DNA from: Selaginella moellendorffii
Lineage: Eukaryota > Plantae > Lycopodiophyta
Direction of reading: 5' to 3'
Assembly (NCBI RefSeq): GCF_000143415.4
Contig: NW_003314290.1
Span: 1,822,116 to 1,886,115, forward strand
Length of the DNA: 64,000 nt
Shown: piece after piece, positions 35,349-45,894 of the stretch
Position numbering within the stretch: the first letter of the stretch is position 1
Layout of the letters: each line of letters starts with the position of its first letter
Notes under the pieces: generated by a model
Seen by the model: the letters and a program-made list of their open reading frames with translations, nothing else
What the model was told of the DNA's origin: nothing
The model's database searches: none
Made by a program: the position numbers and the translations under genes

Positions 35349-37892
35349 CTATTTTTCTTTGGCAACTGTAATTATATGCTCCATTGAAGTCACCTCTTCA
35401 ATGGAGTTTGTCACCGCAACACACAGGACACCCTTGAGTAGTGCGGCTCGAAAGAATAGTCCGCCGCAGTTGTACTCGACAACGCATTTGCCCTTGGAGT
35501 CACCCGCTATTGCGTTGAAGACCCAGCTGAGCATTTCCCATGCTGCACCTGGAGCTTTCTTTGGATTCGAAAGCTCCATAGCCGTCTTCAGTTCCTCAGG
35601 CACGGGTAAATTGACCTCCCTCAGATCAATTCGATCGGCTTTGTTGAACGAAGCTGGGAAGTCACTCCAGTCCCACTCTGCTGCAGGACCAATAACAAGG
35701 GCGACTGTGAAGATGCGGACATTCGTCGGTATCTTCTTCTTAGCCATTATCCCATGGATCTCCCGCATCTCCTTGCCTTTCAACCGAGCCTTCACCTCGT
35801 TCAAGGCCTTCCAGAACTTGTGATAGGATTCGGAGTCGTAGATCATATAGTGGACTGAAGATTCCACCTCCGCAAGTCCCACCATTAAGTCAATGATGGA
35901 GCTGACTTCGTCTGCATGAGTGATCTCCTCGTTTGTGAAGTCCATCACACAAAAGATGTTCTTGACCTGCTCATCTCCGCGGGAAACGATGCTCCTCCAC
36001 CTTTGATCCTCATCCGAATTCACGTATACCCGGTAAGGTTCTCGATAGGCCTCTGCTGCGGGGTCGAGCTGTTTCTGAAGCCGGCGGTCGACATCCCTCT
36101 TAATGAAATTTGGATACTGATCCAACTTCTCAGCTTTACTTTTCGTGGCATCCCGCAGCAGATCGATGAACTTGGGGGCCCCCTTCACGTACTCGTCGAT
36201 GTCTTCATTTGACAAGTCCAGCTCTTCCATCATCTCTTGCGTGGTGTCGATGCTCACCCTCGCCACGGCCACTTGCTCGAAGATCCAATCCTTCAATAGC
36301 GCACGAGCTCTCAGAGTCGTGCACAAGTCCTCGTATGTCACAATATGGCCGGGAGTCATTTTGGTCTTGTTGAAGACTACCTCACCACGTAGAAGAGCAT
36401 TAGCCACTATCAGAAGGTCGTCGTCGTCTAGAGACCGCGAGAAACGCAAGGCGTTGAGCTTCAAATCATTGGGCTTCCGGCCGTCCTCCACACCCATTGA
36501 GTTTAGCAACTCCCCGTCATGGTACCTCCTTAGCACATCTACCCATTTGTCAAAAACAACTTTTGTCGCGAGTAGAATGTTATGGATGCTGAGTGTGTCA
36601 TTGACCCCCAGTGTTTTCGAGAGAAGACTCGAGAATTCCTGCAATGGAAATGGCGTGAGGCCACATGCTATGCCACATGCAACAAGGCTTACCTGCCAGG
36701 CGCTAGTTGCTAGTGCACATCCTTGTCCTGGTTTTTGTGGCTTCTTCAGTTGAACCCAGAGCTTCCGTGTTCGTGCCAATGTCTCGTGCAGACCCGATTT
36801 GTAGCACGTTTCTTGCTTGACATTCTGCGCGTGGGAGATGTATATGATAGATCGGAGGGGCGAGTTGCCTTTTATCAGGCGGACAACTCTTGTCTTGAAG
36901 ACTTTCTTCACCTCCTCGCCCACCATAATATCCACAACTATCTGTTGCATCGCCAAGCTAGAATGCTGCCCGGAGACGGCATAGAACCGGATGTTCTGAT
37001 CGTCCAACACCTTCCTATTGATCAAGTCTGGAAACCTCGTCTCGCCCTTCATTGTTCGGTAGTAGGGGATCACGTCTGCGATGTCGGGTGTTACTGGACT
37101 TGCCAGCATCTTCTGCTTCAGTTTCTCCACCCACTCATCAGATACTAGCCTGTGGTTGTATTTGCTTTGGATCTCGATACGGCTCACGTCGATTGTATAT
37201 ACTTTGTTGGAATAGTAACAAGTACTATTATCTGCGACGATTTTTGCTGCCTCTTCTTGCTCTTTCTGCTCTTTGCGGCTCTTCTTTTTGGTGGGTGTAG
37301 TGTTCGAACCCGAGGCAATGGCATCACCGAGTAGCTTCTTTTTTGGAGCAGCAGAGTCGGACGTCGGCTTGAGCTTGACCACCCTTTTTTGCTTCGGGGT
37401 AGTTTCCAGATCGACCCCCTTCCCCTTCGCTTCGCAAACTGGAGGCACTCTCAACGGCTCAATGTTGGAATATAGTTTTTGAACATCGCTGTAGGTGAGG
37501 TCCGTGGATTCCATGTGATCTTCATAGACCCGCAGCGTCTTTGAAATTGTGGGCCTCATGGACAACCTCTCCCTAGCTCCCTCTAGGAATTCCTCATAGC
37601 CGCTGCCCCCCTCCGGGAAGCCGCTAGGATGTGCAAGGTGGATCTTGAAGGCGGACGCTGTCTCTACCACAAGTGCCAGTCCATATTCTTGCATGGAACT
37701 GCATGGAGTGTCTGTCACTTGGATGAGGATCCCCATGCATTCTTTTCTCCCACCATCTGTGTTGTACAGCATCAGATCCTCGCCTTCCATCCCGAAAGTC
37801 CAACTGGTGAGCTCCTCCCCCTTCTCTGCATCCACATTGACAGTGGCTGGAAGAAGAACGCAATTCCTCGCCTGTTCAGAAATGCACAACAA
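35349..37892 (-). CDS. ParB/Srx-like domain + degenerate C-terminal methyltransferase-like region (847 aa; includes a probable 54-nt in-frame intron at ~36638-36692)
   Basis: HRLVSDEWVEKLKQKML...FYAVSGQHSSLAMQQI resembles the ParB GxHR motif. C-terminal KKAPGAAWEMLSWVFNAIAGDSKGKCVVEYNCGGLFFRAALLKGVLCVAV resembles MTase motifs X-I. GTAAG...TTGCAG intron-like segment. Confidence 0.6.
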   Translation of the reverse strand: MLCISEQARNCVLLPATVNVDAEKGEELTSWTFGMEGEDLMLYNTDGGRKECMGILIQVTDTPCSSMQEYGLALVVETASAFKIHLAHPSGFPEGGSGYEEFLEGARERLSMRPTISKTLRVYEDHMESTDLTYSDVQKLYSNIEPLRVPPVCEAKGKGVDLETTPKQKRVVKLKPTSDSAAPKKKLLGDAIASGSNTTPTKKKSRKEQKEQEEAAKIVADNSTCYYSNKVYTIDVSRIEIQSKYNHRLVSDEWVEKLKQKMLASPVTPDIADVIPYYRTMKGETRFPDLINRKVLDDQNIRFYAVSGQHSSLAMQQIVVDIMVGEEVKKVFKTRVVRLIKGNSPLRSIIYISHAQNVKQETCYKSGLHETLARTRKLWVQLKKPQKPGQGCALATSAWQVSLVACGIACGLTPFPLQEFSSLLSKTLGVNDTLSIHNILLATKVVFDKWVDVLRRYHDGELLNSMGVEDGRKPNDLKLNALRFSRSLDDDDLLIVANALLRGEVVFNKTKMTPGHIVTYEDLCTTLRARALLKDWIFEQVAVARVSIDTTQEMMEELDLSNEDIDEYVKGAPKFIDLLRDATKSKAEKLDQYPNFIKRDVDRRLQKQLDPAAEAYREPYRVYVNSDEDQRWRSIVSRGDEQVKNIFCVMDFTNEEITHADEVSSIIDLMVGLAEVESSVHYMIYDSESYHKFWKALNEVKARLKGKEMREIHGIMAKKKIPTNVRIFTVALVIGPAAEWDWSDFPASFNKADRIDLREVNLPVPEELKTAMELSNPKKAPGAAWEMLSWVFNAIAGDSKGKCVVEYNCGGLFFRAALLKGVLCVAVTNSIEEVTSMEHIITVAKEK

Positions 37893-39687
37893 TTAGAGCT
37901 GACAGATGAAAAGCTAGCAACTGGAAATAACGTGAGGCCACACGCCATTCACCACTGCATCAGATGTCTTGAGGCTGCATCCTAAGATGGCGTGAGGCTA
38001 CACGCCATCTGTAACCGGACTGCACTCGAGAGCCCAATCGGTGCATGCCAATGTTGCTACTGAATGGCATGTGGCCTCATGCCATTTTCTACTTGGTTTA
38101 AAAGACTTACCATTTGAAGCCGAATGGAGGCCGTGACAATCGAGGCCGGACTCGCTGGCGAATGTGCACTGTGTGTGCAGCGGATCGTAGCAGCAAGGCT
38201 ACTCTGCCACTTACAGTTGGAGAGTGGTGCTGAAATCTCCCGGGACGCCAAGTGGGCTGCGTGTGGGTGGCGGAGTGGGCGGCGGAGTTGGCGGCGAAGT
38301 TACAAACTGGGTGTGTCTTGAAGTGGACGCCGATGCACACGAGCGCGATGCGAGCGCGAGTGTGATGCAAGCGCGAGTGGACGCCGATGCACACGAGAAA
38401 CCTGTAGAGAAGTGAGCGTGATCGCGAGTGGGAGCGCGATGCGAGCGGGAGCGCGAGTGTGCGAGCGCGAGTACAAAGCAAAATGCAAAACCTAACCTCA
38501 CACGCGCGAAATGTCACAACGGTTGGTAATCCCGCCACGTCATCATTCCTCGGACTTGGGCGCCACCATTAATTTCTGGATTGCCACGCGCATGCAAGCA
38601 CGCAAAATCCAAAAGAAATCCGCAACGTCATCATTCCTCGGACTGCATGCACGCGAAATCCAAAAGAAAGATCATGATTGGGATATCATTTAATACCCTC
38701 GCTATATTTATACCATGCATGATTGGATATTCCAAAGCATCTTGTATTTCCAAAAATGGCAGATGTTCAGCTAAATAAAGAAATTCTATCTGTTTCTATT
38801 TTTCTCTCAAATCAATATTATAGCGTGTGGGCTCATGCAATTTTGAACCAAAGAAACCCAAAAAACGTTGGACCCAAAATATTTTGAAAAAACCCAAAAA
38901 ACCCTAAACATTTTAAACCCAAAAATCCAGGCGTCCTATGGCGTTATTCCTTGAATGGCGTGTGGGCGCATGCCATTTTCAGGGCCAAATGCTGAATGGA
39001 GAAAAATTCCCTTTCAGTGCAAATGTTGCAAGAGGCAGATGCCGAGCACAAAGGACTGTAACTACCTCACATGACACAGATAAACTTTTCTCTATTTGGC
39101 AAAGATAAACTTTATAGCGTGTGGGCTCATGCAATTTTGAACCCAAAAAATGCACCAAAAAATTCTCGGCGTCATCTAGCGTTATCTCTTGAATGGCGTG
39201 GGGCCGCATGCCATTTTCAGGGGCATATAGGAGTATATTCCTAGGATATTCTGACACGCGCGAGATTTTTTTGAGTTTTCTGGAGATCCAACTGTTAGAT
39301 CGCAACTAGATTTTACAGAATGGTATACAATGTCTTTCTTGATGACCCTGCAAAGAAGCATCTCGATCGGACACCACGTGAGACCACACGAGCCTTACAA
39401 TGTTTCAGGGGCATTTGCCATAGATCCGACCGTTATTTTGCTCCAAGATTTTACAGTTTGGTGTGCATTGACCTTTCCATCGAAACTGCAAAGGGACATC
39501 ACAATCAGATGCGGGATCACAAGAAACTAACTTCACTAACTCTGGTTTCACCAAGATCTACGTAAGGAGTTATGAAATGAAAAGACCCTTTCTATTGAAA
39601 TGTGTTTATGGTCCTAGGGGCATTGTGACATATCAAAGGATTTTGCATTAAGTTCTGTATTTGCATGTTTATCAAGCTACTGAATTG

Positions 39688-39721
39688 CTAAACCCTAAAC
39701 CCTAAACCCTAAACCCTAAAC
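39688..39721 (+). repeat. Interstitial telomere-type repeat (CCCTAAA) x ~4.5
   Basis: CTAAACCCTAAACCCTAAACCCTAAACCCTAAAC. Confidence 0.9.
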
Positions 39722-41039
39722 ATGTGGCAAATGCTGCGTGAAGAAAGATGCCCTTTCTGGGCAAATGCTGTAAGAGGCAGATGCCGAGCAGATGTATCTC
39801 AGGCTAGCGAAGGGGACAAACGAAAGCTAGCTATAAACATGACGGGATGCAAATAGATTACTAGGCTGGTCCTACGAAAATCAAAAACCATAATTGAAAA
39901 CATTGAAAATGCAAAAAGAAAGGTTTATAATATTTTTGAATTTTAAGCAACCAAAGGAATGTAAGTAGGGCATGTGTTTGTAAGTTTAAAAATGCCTCAA
40001 CCACTTAAATTCCCAAGTAAATAAAGCTGTTTCTATTTTTGGTACAGGTAAACTTTATAGCGTGTGGGCTCATGCAATTTTGAACCCAAAAATGCACCAA
40101 AAAATGCTCGACTAGCATTATTCTTTGAATGGCGTGTGGCCTTATGTCGAGCATTATTCTTTGAATGGCGTGTGGCCTTATATTGCCATAAATGGACGTA
40201 CACACACAGCATAATTATTCCTTTACACGGCGAATAATCTTGGCGCGGATCGCTAACATGGCATGGCAAAGTTCGAATCACTGACATGGCACAGCTGGAT
40301 CGAGGCAAGGACATGATGTGACAAAGTTCAACCTCCGACAGCAAAGTCTAGAAGCTACTCAGTTTGAAATTTGTCAGAGGAATCATAAGATCTGGTTTGT
40401 CAGAGGATTTGATGTGACGTTCAAGCGTGTGTTATTTTTGAATTCTCGAACTCATTCCTAGGTCTATCATTTTTGTGCGCTGTGTTCTTGGTTCCGCTGA
40501 GCGCAGTGAGCGCTGCTTGTGTAAGCGGCGTTGTGGGCTGTGGTTTATGCGTCTACGAGCGGTTGCGGCATTGCGAGCGGCAGTTTATGCGAGTGGCAGT
40601 TTGTGCGAGCGACGCTACGAGCAGTTGCGGTGTTGCGAGCGGCGCTACGAGTAGTTGCGGTGTTGTGAGCGGCACTGTCTTTGGTGTGGCTACCGCTTCC
40701 TCTTGATATTCGGCACTTGTGCTTCCTGATATGTTCACCATGGAATGGCTTAAGACCACATTTAGAAATGGCATGAGGCCACATGCCATCTTGGGCCCTT
40801 GCAATTTCATGGCTAGCGTATTGTCATGTATGTTTTTACTTGCCTGCAACTGTGTGTATATCAAGATGGCATGAGGCCTCATGCCAATTTTGTGAATGCG
40901 AAATTTCACGTGGGTGTCAATAGCATGTTTGAATAATGGCATGTGGCCTCATGTTATTGAGGTTGTTTGGTATGTTATGATTTAGGCCATTCTCTAATCA
41001 TTTTTTGTATGGTCTTAACTTCTTTTCTGCACTTTCAGA

Positions 41040-44000
41040 ATGGCCTTCAGGGTTGGGGAAAAGGTTTACATTTTGAATGGTGGGAAGAGAGTTGCAAAAG
41101 GGACCCTTGTGTCTATGGATCGGAACTTTGTTATACACTGTCAAAGGCTTGGGGAAGGCAATGCTGCTGTATCAGTAAAGACTGTCTTTGATGGGAATGT
41201 GGTCGCTATTGAACGAGGAGAGATGGTCGTCGGGGTAAATGTTGTTGTTGCCTTGAAAAATCTTCAGAAGAAAGCAGATGTTGGGGACAGCGCAAGTGCG
41301 ACGCATGTTCCCTCCGTGGATCTTAAGAACCGTGCTACATGGATTCAGGCAAAGGTGTTTCTAAACAACCCCGAGGGGGAGGTGGTAGCTGAGGGCTTAG
41401 CCACAGTTGTCGATCCAAGAGATGCGGTTGCTAATCAAGAATTGGGCTGGGATGATATTGGAGTTGCGATTTTAGAGGTTGTTGACACAGAAGAAAACAG
41501 TCTGACTATTGGAAGCATTGTGCGGTGGAAATTGAGGCACTTAGTGTTTGAGAATGTGAAGGATTCACAATCAAACACCACTACAACTGATGACAGAACA
41601 TCTCTTCATGGGAAAAGAAAGTACACCTTCCTAAAGCGTAGCCAAAGGGATCTGAGCAACGAACCGAAAAGGCAGAAAATGGCGATGGAGGTTCGAATGG
41701 TCTCGACAGTTGCTTGTTGCAAGAGGAGGTGCTGTCAACATGCTGATTGGGATGCTATTGAAGAGGAGAGAGCAAGATACAAGACATTGTCCTGGAAGGC
41801 AGCTCGCAATTTTGTGTATGAGGCATTACGGTCATCTGTTGATGCTTCAGAATATCAGGTGGGGGGCATGGTCTTCCAGAGGGGTTTGGTCTGCATGAAG
41901 GCATGGAGAATCATTTATGGAGTCCCTCGAACCACATTCTACAGAATCAAAACTGAGTTCGAGGAACAAAGGGTTCAACAGGCAGTCCATGGGAACGACG
42001 GTACGCACAAAACCAGGGGTCATGTTGTATATGAAGAGGCAATCTTCAAGAGGTTTGTCGAGACATATAGCGAGCAGCAACCACATAAAACCCGCCTCTT
42101 GGAAGATGGAACACGAGACACCCAACGAGTCCTCCTTTCCATGTATACCAAGGGGGCCATATTGGAAGATGTGAATCGGGAACTCCAGAGTAATGGCTAC
42201 AGGAAGCTGAGCCAATCTAGATTTAGTAGATTGTGGAGCAACAGGTTCAGGGATGTGAGTATAGGAAAGTACTCCAGCTTTTCAAAGTGTGACGAGTGCA
42301 CTGCTATCAAAATGGCTTTTTCGAAGAATTCTTGCAGCGCTCAAGAGCGAGAGACGTTGGTTAGAAGGCGGCTCGACCACAACATCGAGCAGAGAAGCTG
42401 CAGGACTGCATATTATCATAACAGGATTCTCTCCATGGAGAGACCTGACTCTTACCTCTGCATCATCCACGACAAAATGGACCAGAAAAAGACGTGCTTA
42501 CCTCGACTCAATCCTGCCCCCAAGGCAATCTCTTCATCCATGCAGCTGCCTGTGTCTCTGTTTGGCATAATCGCTCATGGGCATGGTGCCCAGAACTATG
42601 GGAACTTCTTTGTACCTCTATGGGGTGGCGGGGGTGCAAACATGATGATTGCGTCCCTAGCAAAACACTTAAGGTCTCTGCAAAGTGCGCAGACTGAGCT
42701 GAACGGCCAACCCTTGCATAAGGCCCTTGTCGATCGAACCCCATACAGGGTTCAGCTGGAGGAGGAGCAAAGGCTTGCAGTATCACATGGGGCCCCATGC
42801 CATCCCAGTGAATATGTTGGCCGTCAGATTGTAGGGTTATCACGTGAGGCCTCATGCCATTCCGACGAGGCTGGTCGCTCGGTGAATGCACAGCCTCATC
42901 CAAACAAAGCAGAATCTCAAGGAAGTTCTTGCGGCCGATGTGGCCTTCCACCCCATCTTCTGCTCCAAACAGACAATGCTGGTAGTGAGAACAAAAACAT
43001 GTACGTCTTCGCGTACTTGGCGATGCTTGTTGCCAAAGGCATATTTGAAACGGTTACACTTGGCTTTCTCATGGTTGGGCACACTCATGAAGACGTCGAT
43101 GCCATGTTCAGTCACCTGGCAGAGTCCCTCCGGCGATCCAATGTCCTCACCCTCCCACAACTCTACGATGAATTCCAAAATTGCATCAAAGGCACTGTTG
43201 AAGCTGCACTTCTGACAGAGGTTCCAGACTTTAAGGGGTTTGTAAGAGGCTACATCAGGGACGGATCCGAAACGCTGATTGGCCACTCCAAGCCTCTTCA
43301 GTTTCATTTCAGCATGTGTGACGGTGCTCCAGTGATGAGGTACAAGATGAGAGAATGGGACACAGTGTGGCTGCCAGTGGACGGCATTGAACTCTTCAAG
43401 AGAGATCCCATAACTGGGGAACTTATGATTCCTCAGGGTTCCCCATGGCCGATGCACCCGGATGGACTCAAAGACCAGGAAAGTATAGTGGCCAGGATTA
43501 GACAGCATATTGCCTTCTGGAAGAGGGGGTTGGTGTTTGGTGGAGAATCCTATTTTCAGAGGTGCAAGCCTTTGCTCGAATACTGGGAGAAGATTATATC
43601 TGCTATCCAAAATGGGCCGGTTGTATATGAAGAATTGGAAGAGTCCTTTTGGCCAGAACCCAGAGCACCAGATAGTAGCGGAACAATGTCCTCTGGAAAT
43701 GCAGTGACAGATAACGATGTTGAGGATCACTATTGTGGGCCGAGGAACAAGAAGCCGGATTCAGCATTCAATCCAGTACAGGTCTGCAAAGGAATGGTCG
43801 TGCTTGTCAGACCCAGTAATAAAAAACAAATGATATGGGTGGGGCGCTGCATCACTAATGCAGAGGAGGACGCGGAAACTAACTCCTTCAATGTAACTGT
43901 GGAGTGGTTCAAGCCAAGTTCCGGATATACGAACGATTGCCTAGAAAAGAGATGGGTGCTGAATCCAAGGGATCCCAGCATGAGCATATCGGTGGATAAT

Positions 44001-44150
44001 GTTGTGCATGGTTGGATGCGGAAGCAGAGTGCCACCATCACCTTGCCAGACCATGCAAGAGATGCAGCAAGAGCATTCATAACCCGGGTTCAAGGTGAGA
44101 TTCATGAATATTCCTTTACTAAGTTTCTAATGTATTTTATTTCAAGGTGA
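41040..44150 (+). CDS. Sola-type DDD transposase (1036 aa, open frame)
   Basis: FSKCDEC zinc motif; YLCIIHDKMDQKKT; LLLQTDNAGSENKN; FLMVGHTHEDVDAMFS. Duplicated N-terminal beta-rich domains and a C-terminal BAH/Tudor-like segment. May splice at ~44094. Confidence 0.85.
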   Translation: MAFRVGEKVYILNGGKRVAKGTLVSMDRNFVIHCQRLGEGNAAVSVKTVFDGNVVAIERGEMVVGVNVVVALKNLQKKADVGDSASATHVPSVDLKNRATWIQAKVFLNNPEGEVVAEGLATVVDPRDAVANQELGWDDIGVAILEVVDTEENSLTIGSIVRWKLRHLVFENVKDSQSNTTTTDDRTSLHGKRKYTFLKRSQRDLSNEPKRQKMAMEVRMVSTVACCKRRCCQHADWDAIEEERARYKTLSWKAARNFVYEALRSSVDASEYQVGGMVFQRGLVCMKAWRIIYGVPRTTFYRIKTEFEEQRVQQAVHGNDGTHKTRGHVVYEEAIFKRFVETYSEQQPHKTRLLEDGTRDTQRVLLSMYTKGAILEDVNRELQSNGYRKLSQSRFSRLWSNRFRDVSIGKYSSFSKCDECTAIKMAFSKNSCSAQERETLVRRRLDHNIEQRSCRTAYYHNRILSMERPDSYLCIIHDKMDQKKTCLPRLNPAPKAISSSMQLPVSLFGIIAHGHGAQNYGNFFVPLWGGGGANMMIASLAKHLRSLQSAQTELNGQPLHKALVDRTPYRVQLEEEQRLAVSHGAPCHPSEYVGRQIVGLSREASCHSDEAGRSVNAQPHPNKAESQGSSCGRCGLPPHLLLQTDNAGSENKNMYVFAYLAMLVAKGIFETVTLGFLMVGHTHEDVDAMFSHLAESLRRSNVLTLPQLYDEFQNCIKGTVEAALLTEVPDFKGFVRGYIRDGSETLIGHSKPLQFHFSMCDGAPVMRYKMREWDTVWLPVDGIELFKRDPITGELMIPQGSPWPMHPDGLKDQESIVARIRQHIAFWKRGLVFGGESYFQRCKPLLEYWEKIISAIQNGPVVYEELEESFWPEPRAPDSSGTMSSGNAVTDNDVEDHYCGPRNKKPDSAFNPVQVCKGMVVLVRPSNKKQMIWVGRCITNAEEDAETNSFNVTVEWFKPSSGYTNDCLEKRWVLNPRDPSMSISVDNVVHGWMRKQSATITLPDHARDAARAFITRVQGEIHEYSFTKFLMYFISR

Positions 44151-45894
44151 ACAATCCGAATCTAAATAAGAGGAGGCGTGATGGCATGTGGCCTTACGCC
44201 ATTCCTAGGTGAGATGATACAAATAACAAGTATAAATTCTTAGTTGTTCTAGCAAATCTTACTTAAAGTTCAAGGTGAACAAGCCGAATATGAATTCATC
44301 GGATTGTTATAACAAATTGCGAGGTGATGGCATGAGGCGATACGCTATTTGAGAGTGGTAGCCATTCCTATATGAGGTGAGTGAAGTATTTATTAGAAAT
44401 ACCTCATTCAATTGTGCACTTCTAAGTCTTGATCCACTTAGTACTGTTTGCATGTTTTTATTTTAATTCTTTCTCTAAAATGTTATTTAGCATGTGGCTT
44501 CATGCCATTGCTCTCCACAATCATGCATTGAATTTCTATCCTTGCATAATACTTCTCCATATATATAGCATGTGCGCACATGTGATATGGTTCATTAGGC
44601 CTGATATAGTGTGTGAGGTAAAACAAAGATGATGTGACATATGCATTTACCAATCACACGTGCATAAATCTAATAATATGGCGTGTGGCCCATATTAATG
44701 GCACATAAACCCATATTGTGGGCTTACGTGCTTTATGTACCATCATTCCCTTGCAGCGAGTGTGTTGGTTTCCTTTTATAACACAACGAACTCCATATTT
44801 TAGGGTGAAGAGCGTTCTCATGGCAAGCACAAAATCTGTAAGTGAGGCAGAAAAGGAGACGGAGAAGGAGATAGGTGAAGATGTAGAATATATAAGTCTT
44901 CCAAACTCCCCGTACTATACTCCAGGTGATCATTTTTCTGAACAAACGGCAACATTAACAACTATCGAGAACGCCCCAGTAACGTCAGAGACAACAATCC
45001 AAAGCAAAACAACAGACCCGGAGAAGGATGATAGTACCGCTGAGAATACCAAAAAGGAGGTGTCCACTAGCGCTCAGGCTTATAATGGCATGTGCCCTCA
45101 TGCCATTTACTTGATCACCAAATACCTTTTTCCCTTTGCACTAGTATATCTTAATACCGGTTTGAGAAATAGAATGGCATGTGCCCTCAGGCCTTTTACT
45201 AAATCACCTTTGAAAGAAATGCAAGCCTCTATGTCATAAAAAAAAGGTACTAGAGAAATTCCTTAATAATATGAATGTTATTTAGTTTCATGAAAATACA
45301 CTAAGGGTCAAATGAGTTAAATGACTTCTCCAAACTAGCAATGCCTCTTGCTACACCTTCACAATTAGATTTGTTAGAAAAAGATAACATTGAATAATAT
45401 CTAAATGTTCTCACCATTAAGTTATATGTCTGGCTAATAGGAATGACGTTCATCTTGGAAAGCTCACCACACGCTCAATGAACAAACAAATAGTGTGTGC
45501 GCGCATGCCATCGCTCTTCTTTAGCTTCAGATTCGGCTTGTTCACCTTGACAATGAGATTTATTATACAACCAGATGGACTCAGTCTGGACATAAAGTCA
45601 CCGCGCTAGTCACCATGCCCCAGATATGTCTAGCCCCTGGACAAAAAACATATAATTTCACGTCATTTTCAAATACTTGAAAATTTGTACCTAGTCCCAT
45701 TTTACTGAATAAATCCCACTTTAACGAAATAGAGCATCAAGGGAATTGCTTCTTTTCTTCTTTTTTTTGTTCTCTTAGCGCTAAGAAGATCTGTTTGGTG
45801 ACGAACCGATCTTCCTAGTGCCAAAGGAATTGCTTCACGGTTTTTTTAATGTTTACTCAAGTTTATTTGTCATTTTCATGCAAATATATAAATC

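Larger units (their letters stand above)
32451..45511. repeat. ~30 dispersed copies of the 22-bp palindrome ATGGCRTGWGGCCWCAYGCCAT
   Basis: Examples near 33529, 33604, 34845, 35037, 36650, 37987, 38064, 38955, 39193, 40768, 40866, 42839, 44180 and 45084. None seen outside the Sola-like TIRs. Confidence 0.9.
32066..45737. mobile_element. Sola-like DNA transposon (13.7 kb) nested in the MULE
   Basis: 4-bp TSD CAAG at 32062-32065 and 45738-45741. TIR AAGTTCTATTTCGTTAAAGTGGGA vs reverse-complement ATGCTCTATTTCGTTAAAGTGGGA (22/24). Removing it reunites the palindrome array. Encodes a DDD transposase. Confidence 0.85.

Noticed and set aside
39688-39721. Chromosome end or healed break
   Set aside because: Only ~4.5 units, internal to a transposon.
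44718-45239. 173-aa ORF downstream of the Sola transposase
   Set aside because: GTG start, low complexity and no motif. It may be a 3' exon, but this is unsupported.
31850-45823. CRISPR array suggested by recurring palindromes
   Set aside because: Spacing is irregular, the repeats are degenerate and lie inside genes and introns, there are no cas genes and the context is eukaryotic.
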